Positions 39,461-47,212 of a stretch of 64,000 bases of DNA are shown one piece after another; position 1 is the first letter of the stretch; the number at the start of each line of letters is the position of its first letter. The notes under the pieces were generated by a model. That model was given only the letters and a program-made list of their open reading frames with translations. It did not search any database and was not told the origin of the DNA. Source of the stretch: Acidobacteriota bacterium (GTDB taxonomy: Bacteria > Acidobacteriota > UBA6911 > RPQK01 > JAJDTT01); assembly GCA_965217775.1 (NCBI GenBank), contig CBDCJH010000002.1, positions 1,472,001 through 1,536,000 of the forward strand. Direction: 5' to 3'. Position numbers and translations under genes: made by a program.

Positions 39461-40927
39461 GTGATGCCGTTGGGAAAGACGATCCTTTCTTTGTTGTTTT
39501 TCACCTGCGCCGCAAGCGCGTCGGACTGGACGCGGTTCCGGGGGCCGAACGGAACCGGCGTCGCTGAAGAGGGGCCGCTGCCCGTGGTCTTCGGACCCGG
39601 CTCCAACGTGATTTGGGAGACGTCGTTGCCTCCGGGCAAGTCCTCGCCGATCCTGACGGACAGCAGAATCTTCCTGACCGGGCATGACAACGGAAAGCTC
39701 CTCACGATCGCGCTCGACCGCTCGACCGGCAGGGAGATTTGGCGCAGGGCCGCACCTACCAATCGGGTCGAGCGGATGCACCGTCTGAACGACGAGGCCG
39801 CGCCGACTCCGGTCACCGATGGGAGGAACGTCTACGCGTTCTTCGGCGGGTACGGTCTGGTCGCCTACGGTGCGGACGGAACCGAGCTCTGGACGCTGCC
39901 TTTGGGACCGTTCACCAATTTCCACGGCATGGGGGCTTCCCCGATCCTGATCGATGGCAAGCTCGTCCAGGTCTGTGACCAGGATCTCGACGCCTTCGTC
40001 ATCGCGGTGGATCCGTCCGACGGCAAGGTTCTCTGGAAACAGGCGCGGCCCGACTTCGTGCACAGTTTCTCCACGCCCGTTGTCCACGACCGGGGGCAGG
40101 GAAGCCCCGAGATCATCGTGCCGGGTTCGTACCGCATGACCAGCTACGCGGTGGACGGCCGCGAACTCTGGCGGCTCGACGGACTGACCTACCAGGTCAA
40201 ATCCGTTCCCATCGTGGACGGGGACCGGCTCTACTTCAACGGGTGGGCTCCCGGGGGAGAGCCGGCGGTTCGCCTTGAGTTGCCGCCGTTCGAGGAGATG
40301 CGCGCCCAGTTCGACACGAACGGCGATTCGGAACTGACCAAGCAGGAGATCCCCGCCGACTGGCTGCCCCGTGGCTGGGAGATGCACGACCGGAACAAGA
40401 ACGGCACCATGAACGCACGGGACTGGGAACACTACCGGGCCCGCCGGGTCTCCGAGAACGGCTGCATGGCCATTCGCCTCGGTGGCCGGGGGAACGTGAC
40501 CAGGTCTCACCTGCTCTGGCGCCATCAGAAATCCCTACCCGACGTTGCTTCTCCGATCCTCTATCGCGGGCTTCTCTACCTCGTTCGCAACGGCGGCATC
40601 GTGACGGCCTTGGATCCGGCCAGCGGAAAAGTTCTCAAGCAGGGCCGGCTGCGGGAAGCGATCGACGGTTACTACGCCTCGCCCGTGGCCGGGGACGGCA
40701 AGATCTACATGGTGAGCGACGCCGGAAAGGCCGTCGTGCTCGAGCCCGGGCCGGACTGGAAGGTGCTGCAGACGAACGACTTGAACGAAGACGTGTATTC
40801 GACCCCGGCGATTGCCGGCGGACGTCTGTTCATTCGAACGCAGAGCCGGCTCTATTGCTTTGGCGCGTCTGACGGGATTGCGTCGATCGAGGGGAGCTCT
40901 GCCGACGCCGCAGCCGTACGCCGCTGA
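39461..40927 (+). CDS. PQQ-binding-like beta-propeller protein with EF-hand-like insert
   Basis: DWTRFRGPNGTG, SSPI, ASPV, STPAI repeats; DTNGDSELT and DRNKNGTM loops. Confidence 0.9.
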   Translation: MMPLGKTILSLLFFTCAASASDWTRFRGPNGTGVAEEGPLPVVFGPGSNVIWETSLPPGKSSPILTDSRIFLTGHDNGKLLTIALDRSTGREIWRRAAPTNRVERMHRLNDEAAPTPVTDGRNVYAFFGGYGLVAYGADGTELWTLPLGPFTNFHGMGASPILIDGKLVQVCDQDLDAFVIAVDPSDGKVLWKQARPDFVHSFSTPVVHDRGQGSPEIIVPGSYRMTSYAVDGRELWRLDGLTYQVKSVPIVDGDRLYFNGWAPGGEPAVRLELPPFEEMRAQFDTNGDSELTKQEIPADWLPRGWEMHDRNKNGTMNARDWEHYRARRVSENGCMAIRLGGRGNVTRSHLLWRHQKSLPDVASPILYRGLLYLVRNGGIVTALDPASGKVLKQGRLREAIDGYYASPVAGDGKIYMVSDAGKAVVLEPGPDWKVLQTNDLNEDVYSTPAIAGGRLFIRTQSRLYCFGASDGIASIEGSSADAAAVRR

Positions 40928-41002
40928 CCGCCGCGAGCTCAAGGCGTGCGCCGACTCTTGTTCGAGAAGCGAACGGGGCGCGTACTACCGGACAGGATGA
41001 CT

Positions 41003-41031
41003 TGGAGGGGACATTCTTGTCCCCATTCCCC
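41003..41031. repeat. REP-like palindrome (family B)
   Basis: ggaggggacattcttgtccccattcccc. Confidence 0.6.
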
Positions 41032-41122
41032 TTGTCCTGGTCTCCGATGACTTTCGGTAGTTCGGCGACTCGCGTAAACATGGGCACCGCCGCCGCTACG
41101 TCTGAAGAATCAAGCGCTTGCA

Positions 41123-41884
41123 CTAGAATCGATATCCGACCCCCACTTCGAGAGTTTGGGAGGCACGCGCATCGGCGTAAGCAAACATGACCGAATGACC
41201 CGCTCGCAAGACTACGCGCGGAGCAAGGCTCATGAGCACGCCGGCACGGAGATTGAGTGGCGGGATCGATGATACATTTTTGGATTCCACGAATTCTTCG
41301 GCGCGAACAAGGACGCGGTTTCCATCAGCATTTTCCTGTTCATAAGCTGGTTGATACCGGATCAGTTGACGCTGTTGCTCGAACCCCAGACCGAGGCCGA
41401 TGTAGATCGAAAATCTATCCTTTCGCCACAACCTGACGACGGATGGCAGAATGGAAATCAGTCTCTGCGTCGTAACGTCGTTGTTCTGAATTCCCGGATT
41501 CTGTCTGTAGAACTCGGTGAATGGATGATAGGTATATTGATTGTGCGGCCCCTCATTGACCTCCAGATGGCTCGTGACCCCATCGATCATCAACGCCCAC
41601 TTCGCGCCCAGAGGAAATAGAATGCCGGCTCCGAACTGTGGTTTCCATTCCCCACCCTTCAACAGGTCCCTCCGATTGCCAAAATAGTAGGTCCCTGTCA
41701 GTCCGTAGATCTCGACTGCGGGATCACGCTGCTGCGGAAAGAGCGGCTCCCAACTGAATAATTGCAACGTTGCCACGAGGACGAACACGTACGGACGCCA
41801 AGGAGTCGCCCGCGGCGAGGGTGCCAGTCCCTTAGTCAAGATATTCGTGGATCGCTTTCCGGGGGCTTCGGGAATATTTTTCAT
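41123..41884 (-). CDS. Hypothetical outer-membrane beta-barrel protein
   Basis: Signal-like hydrophobic segment, alternating beta strands, C-terminal VGVGYRF. Confidence 0.65.
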   Translation of the reverse strand: MKNIPEAPGKRSTNILTKGLAPSPRATPWRPYVFVLVATLQLFSWEPLFPQQRDPAVEIYGLTGTYYFGNRRDLLKGGEWKPQFGAGILFPLGAKWALMIDGVTSHLEVNEGPHNQYTYHPFTEFYRQNPGIQNNDVTTQRLISILPSVVRLWRKDRFSIYIGLGLGFEQQRQLIRYQPAYEQENADGNRVLVRAEEFVESKNVSSIPPLNLRAGVLMSLAPRVVLRAGHSVMFAYADARASQTLEVGVGYRF

Positions 41885-41991
41885 GGTTTCTCCAAGCTGG
41901 CCATAGACAGATGTGATTTTTTCGCCGGAAGGGGCTCACCCGGCAGAAAAAAGAGGCCCAGCGGTGTGTCCGGCGCGGCAAGACGGGAGTT

Positions 41992-42013
41992 GAGAAGGTA
42001 ACTGTCCCTTCCC
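41992..42013. repeat. 23-bp palindrome (family A), variant
   Basis: gagaaggtaactgtcccttccc. Confidence 0.6.
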
Positions 42014-42788
42014 CTTTGGTTCCCCTCGTGTGAAAGAGAGCAGAACAATGCAATCGAGGCTTGCGCCAGCAACAAGGGGATCATGCCCGCTGTGGTCTTC
42101 CTCAGCCATCTGCTTTTATGGCTGGTGAGGCTTTCCATGATTCCGATCTCCTTGAGGTGACTCAGCCAGGCGTGGAAGACGCTTGCAGTCGCCGTCGAAT
42201 CGCCGGTCTCCTGCCCCCCGTGGAACATCCCCACAGAGGGCAGGAGGTACGTATCAATGAATGTGAATTTCTCGCCGGAATCGGCTCACCGGGTTAACAG
42301 CCGGACAAGGGGCCACGTCTGGTGCGGGAAACCGGATGTCCATGGTCCGCTTTCGAGTCCGAAAATGTACTTTGTTCGTACTCGAGGGGACCGGGAGAAG
42401 GGGATTGTTACATTCTCGTACTCGTAGAGTCTTCAACCGACCTCGGGTCGGGCACGGGAACTCTGCTCATGGCTGCCGCTCAGGCCCTGACGCAGCGAAG
42501 CGAAAGAGATTCCAGGCCACGCAGCACGATGCTATTGCGAAAGCGTGGCCGCTCGTTGAGAAGATTGATCTGCGGGAAGCGTTCGAGCAGTGTCTCCAGG
42601 ACGATCCGGCCTTCGAGACGCGCCAGAGGGGCGCCCAGGCAATGATGGATACCGCGTCCGAATGCCAGGTGGTTTCCTTCTCCGCGCTCGAAATCGAGCC
42701 TGTCAGGGTTCTCAAAAACATCCGGATCCCGGTTGGCCGCGCCGAGCAGGACGACGATGTTCTCGCGCTCACGCAAAGGGAAACCGTT

Positions 42789-44032
42789 GGGGATTATATA
42801 CGTAAGTGCCGAGAATTCAGGCTGATGGGTTACAATTCCGACCATGAAAGGCCACGCAACTATCCAGTGCAGAGCCAAGCTGTCCAAGGGTGGAATCCGG
42901 CGGTTGGACCGGGTGAGGTCCATCCTGAATCGGCTGTACAACGCTGCACTGGAGGAACGCAGAACGGCCTGGGAATCCGAGCAACGCGGCGTGACCCTGT
43001 ACGATCAGATGAAGGGGTTGACCTCCCAGAGGAAGGACGATCCGGAGGGGCTCGGGTCGGTGGCGGTCAAAGCGGAGCGTGGGATGTTGATGCGGTTGGA
43101 CCGGGCCTTCAAGGCGTTCTTCCGTCGCTGCAAGGCGGGGGAGAAGCCGGGGTATCCTCGATTCCGGCCCATTGCGAGGATGGAGACCATCGACGTCGTC
43201 GACCCGAAGGCGACCCTGGTGAAGAAGCGCGCTCGGGGCTACGCCATCCGGCCCAAGGGCTTCCCGACGATCCGGATCTTTCCGTCCCGGCCGTTGCCGG
43301 ACGGATGCCCGTTGAAAGCGTTGCGGATTGTCCGCAAGCCGAACCGGGTGTATGTGGACCTGACCTACGAGGTGGAGAAGCCGCCGCTACCGAAATGCGA
43401 GTCTTCGGTAGGGATCGACCTGGGCGTCCGCAAGCGAGCGGTGCTGTCCACGGGTGAGAGGATCGAACGGAATAGACGGGACTGGGCGGGGATCCGAAAG
43501 CAGCAGAGAAAGGTCTCCAGGTGCAAGAAGATTTCCAAGACCAGACGGAAGCGGATCGTACAGCTATCTCGGCTCCGTCACCGGGAATCGGTCCGAAACC
43601 GTAATGCCTGCCATCGTCTCTCCAGCAGGATCATTCGTGAGCACGGTCTGATCGCTGTGGAGAAGCTGAACATCCAAGGGATGGTAACGAAGGGCTCGAA
43701 GAAGAAGGGGCTGAATCGAGAAATACTGACGCAATCATGGGGGCTTCTGCGGAATCAACTCCAGTACAAGGCAGAATGGGCCGGTCGGAAGTTCGTAGAA
43801 GTGAATCCCGCATTTACCTCGCAGGACTGCCACCGGTGCGGCGCCCGCCACGATCCAGGACGGAGCGAAACCTTCCGGTGCAGGGCCTGCGGACTTGGAA
43901 TGGACAGGGACCACAATGCCGCCCTGAACATTCTCAGGGCTGGGGTTCTTGCCCTGGGCACCGGAACGTATCTCGTTGGGGAAAGCGTGGTGCCAGAACT
44001 GTATGCCAAGGGCACTTAGGTATATAAGCCCC
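42789..44032 (+). mobile_element. Non-autonomous TIR element (IS1595/ISNwi-like ends) carrying only tnpB; 8-bp TSD AAACCGTT
   Basis: Left TIR GGGGATTATATACGTAAGTGCC (42789-42810); right TIR reverse complement GGGGCTTATATACCTAAGTGCC (44011-44032); AAACCGTT at 42781-42788 and 44033-44040. Confidence 0.9.
42844..44019 (+). CDS. tnpB: RNA-guided endonuclease TnpB (IS200/IS605 OrfB-like)
   Basis: LYNAALEER HTH, GEKPGYPRF, RuvC-I GIDLG, RuvC-II IAVEKL, zinc finger CHRC..CRAC, RuvC-III DRDHNAALNI. Confidence 0.95.
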   Translation: MKGHATIQCRAKLSKGGIRRLDRVRSILNRLYNAALEERRTAWESEQRGVTLYDQMKGLTSQRKDDPEGLGSVAVKAERGMLMRLDRAFKAFFRRCKAGEKPGYPRFRPIARMETIDVVDPKATLVKKRARGYAIRPKGFPTIRIFPSRPLPDGCPLKALRIVRKPNRVYVDLTYEVEKPPLPKCESSVGIDLGVRKRAVLSTGERIERNRRDWAGIRKQQRKVSRCKKISKTRRKRIVQLSRLRHRESVRNRNACHRLSSRIIREHGLIAVEKLNIQGMVTKGSKKKGLNREILTQSWGLLRNQLQYKAEWAGRKFVEVNPAFTSQDCHRCGARHDPGRSETFRCRACGLGMDRDHNAALNILRAGVLALGTGTYLVGESVVPELYAKGT

Positions 44033-45160
44033 AAACCGTTTACTTCGCAGTCCTCGAGCACGCGACGCATACTCATTTGTACCGGTGAGTCGAAGCGTAG
44101 CAGCTCCTCGACCGCCGCCGGAACCAAACTCGGATTCTCTCTAAGTTGTTGAAGCTGATCCGGATGACGCAAAAGGGCCAGCATGCTGTTGCCAATCATG
44201 TTGGTCGTGGTCTCATTGCCGGCAATCAGGAGCAGGCGCAGCATATTCAACGTTTCGCGCTCAGTCAGTTGGTTGCCCTCTTCCTCCGCTCGAACCAACG
44301 CGCTCACGATGTTGTCCTGGGGCGCCACGCGGCATTCCTTGATGATCGGCCGGAAATAGCCATCGAAGGCCTCGGAGGTGGCCTCGGCGACCGCGCGATC
44401 ACGGTCGTCTATCGTCGGCTCCAGAAGGCGCGCACGCTGATCCGACCAGATCTTGAATTGGGCGCGGTCCTTTGGCGGCACGCCCAGCATCTCGGCGATG
44501 ACGGTCACCGGCAGCGGTTGGGCCACTGCCTCCATGAGATCGAAGCCGGTGGGATCGTCGATGTCATCCAATAACTCCCCGAGAAGACTTCCGATGCGCG
44601 GCTCCAGGGCGTTCACGGCGCGTGAGATCGCCTTTGCGCGGATCGTTGCTGAAGCGCCTGTGGTCTCGCAGGATGGCATCCACGTCCGCGTGGCGCGTGA
44701 ACACCCAGGCATGCATCAGGCGGCTCCGGTGCACTGGGTCCCGTTCGCGTAGCGCCGCGTAGAGAGGATAGGGATTCTGAACGGTGCCGCTCGACAACGG
44801 ATTGTATGCGACACCGCTCTCCCAACGTTCACGCATGAGCATCGTGCGTGCGGCGACTGTCCGTATCGCGGTGCGAATTGCGTGTGTCATCGACCCCTCA
44901 GTGCGAGTATCCGAGTAAATCTTGCAAGGCGTTCCTGGCAGCCGCCAGGAATTTGTCTAATACAGGCATGCCGAAAGAAGCTTACACTTTTTGCCAAGTA
45001 TCGAGATCTTGCCAATATCACCCTCGATGTTGGCGATTTCTCGTCTGGCGGCCTTCCGGTTTTCGGGTCCCGGAAGTACGCCCGGGGGACCAGACTTCAG
45101 TGACTCCCACAGACTCATTGTTTCGGGCGATCGGTCGAATTTCCTGTCTTCAGAGGAGAC

Positions 45161-45245
45161 GGGGGGATAGTCTTGTCCCCCGATTCCCATCTTCCCGTTC
45201 CGCGATGACGGTCGGCAGTTCGGCATCTGGAAAGCCGCCGTTCCT
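45161..45245. repeat. REP-like palindrome doublet (family B)
   Basis: ggggggatagtcttgtcccccgattcccatcttcccgttcc ... ggaaagccgccg; shares its flank with the 46629 copy. Confidence 0.55.
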
Positions 45246-45392
45246 GGGCGGTGGGGGAGCTTCGATCGTTCCTCCACCGCGCCTTTGATTTGCTGTCGAT
45301 AGCAAATTACTCCCCCGGTTTTGCTATTGATAGCGAATACTTGCGGACGTCAGTCTACGGATCTCGTTCTCTGGTTGGACGATCCGCCTCTT

Positions 45393-46013
45393 CTATCGCG
45401 TCCAGTCGTCCGGGTCCGGGATTCCGCGGCTGGTCAACACCTCCATGCCCGGTTCTTGAGACAACGCGGAGACCGCATCATCGCGGACCCGGACGGCGTC
45501 CGAACGATCTCGCAGGATCCCGCGAATCTGCCCAGTGCGAGGATTGCGCAGGATGGTGACCGGCCGGTCGGTGTCCTGATCCAGCGTGACCGAACCACCG
45601 GGGCCGGAAAGCGTGATGCCGGCCAGAGCTTCAGGCCAATCGGGCTGCACGGGCAGGACGAAGGCGAAGGAGGATCTGCCGTCTCCGTCGGCCACTTTCG
45701 GCATCTCGAAGCTCAAGTCAGAATCGAACAGATCCCGGACGGACTTTCCGTCCGGGTCGTAGACCTAGACCCGAACCTCGGCCGCAGCCTCCGGGTCGAC
45801 GTTGCTGATCACCAACTGCACCGACCATCCCCCTCCATCCACGTAGTCCGGGAAGTACAGGGTTGTCTCGGTGGGTTCTTGGGTCTGACGGGGAATCGAA
45901 TCGTCGCCCGCAGGGCGAGCGGTCTCCATCCGCTCGGCGGGTCGCTGCACCGAATACAAAGCGGGCAACAGAAGGCCAACCAGAAACAGAGCCCAGATTT
46001 TCTTCACGGCCAT
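45393..46013 (-). pseudogene. Remnant of a large secreted protein (in-frame TAG plus probable internal deletion)
   Basis: Signal peptide + LYFPDYVDGGGWSVQLV...EVRV*VYDPDG...LSFEMPKVADGDGRSSFAFVLP...; both track ORFs are in one frame, separated by TAG at 45765. Confidence 0.7.
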
Positions 46014-46325
46014 GCTCGCCTTCTGCTACTCACCCCAGTGAAGCAACCCTCTCCCAGTGGGAATGGCTTCACGGGCCGGAGCATCGACCTTGGTGATCTT
46101 TACCCACGAAGACCGTGATCCTTATTTCATGGATCACGCGGCCGCACGGACCCTACCGGGAAACCGGCGTCAAGCGGCCTATCTTGGCATCTTATGACTT
46201 AGTGACGTTTGGGAAACGAAAACCGGACAGGTCCGCCACGTGAAAAAGAGTTTGGTATCGGAAAAAGTCTGTTCCCGACCGCGCTATAAGGGGTTCGGCC
46301 GACGGGGCTCCATCCTGCGAGAAGG

Positions 46326-46652
46326 TCACCTGCTTGTACTGCAACTCGACGACACTGCAATCGCGGCTCCGTTGCCCAGACCGTCCTTCGGATAGGCTCG
46401 AATCGTCTGCATGGCCACTTTCGAAATTTTCGCCTTCGCGGCGTGCACCCCGAGTTTCATTTGGGTCGTGGACAGGCCTTCAAATTGCCCTACGACCCGA
46501 TCCCCATTCTTCAATTCCACGGTGATGGGCGTCCCAAACCCCAGATTCGAGACTTTCTCCCAGTGGCTGGGGATCACCTCCGCGCGCGTGGGCTGTGAAG
46601 TCAATCCCACGAGGATCAAAATACGGTTGGAGGGGACATTCGTTTCCCCCAT
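46326..46652 (-). pseudogene. Hypothetical protein fragment
   Basis: HWEKV..L..GT.ITVELKNGDRVVG.F...DGL.NGAAI segment; the 5' end abuts a REP copy and the 3' end looks truncated. Confidence 0.4.
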
Positions 46653-46768
46653 TTCCCATCTTCCCGTTCCACACGGGAGGCGGCGACTGGGATCAACTCA
46701 AGCCTGCGTCGCGGCGTTGCAACGAAGCGACTTGGACCGCGTTGTCGAAGTGGGGACAAACGAAGCAC

Positions 46769-46975
46769 TTAACGAATCGATCTGACCAGATGCCAGGAGA
46801 CAACGTGCCGACCCGCCATGCAGCAGGGGAGTGCCTCCCCTTGGCGGATCAGCTTCCTCTCCCGGTGGCGGCAGTCCGATTCGTACACGCCGGGGATTTC
46901 ACAACGCTCACCGGTCTTGGCGATCTGTAGATCCGGCGACTCTCTAATGACAGAAAATCCCTGCGCTTTCGTCAT
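46769..46975 (-). CDS. Small YjzC-like protein
   Basis: KTGERCEIPGVYESDC...GEALPCC....VSW pattern; likely start MTKAQ. Confidence 0.55.
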   Translation of the reverse strand: MTKAQGFSVIRESPDLQIAKTGERCEIPGVYESDCRHRERKLIRQGEALPCCMAGRHVVSWHLVRSIR

Positions 46976-47212
46976 TTTCCTTGGACCCCTGCTCCCTGGT
47001 TCCCCCCAGGGTGACTTGTGATCCCTATGCAATGGTGATGGGTTCTCCGCAGAAGATAGCGGTACCAAACGCCACCCACAGCACTGAATGGAAGGCCACC
47101 TCCAAAAATATACAGTGAATAAGTGAATTTTATATGACAATAGGGGCGTATCTACTGACAATACTATGAATTATTATCCGAAGACCCTATCATTGGATCC
47201 CACAGGAGTCCG

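Larger units (their letters stand above)
42480..44890 (-). pseudogene. Cytochrome P450 disrupted by a TnpB element insertion and an internal frameshifting deletion
   Basis: N-terminal NPYPLYAALRERDPVH; I-helix AGNETT, EELLR; C-terminal ANRDP...HLAFGRGIHHCLG on the far side of the insertion. Removing the element plus one TSD restores EVNGFPLRE. Confidence 0.93.

Noticed and set aside
42336-43457. 373-aa plus-strand ORF overlapping tnpB, as a possible transposase
   Set aside because: It crosses the element boundary, is antisense to the P450 tail and out of frame with tnpB, and has no DDE, HUH or serine-recombinase motif.
42789-44032. Ordinary IS605/IS1341 or IS607 element, or Cas12f with an array
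   Set aside because: No tnpA, no subterminal hairpin ends recognised and no CRISPR repeats; TIRs plus an 8-bp TSD contradict HUH or serine-recombinase insertion.
45765-45767. TAG read-through (pyrrolysine or recoding)
   Set aside because: Other genes in the window end in TAG normally and the locus shows other signs of decay; a simple nonsense mutation is more likely.
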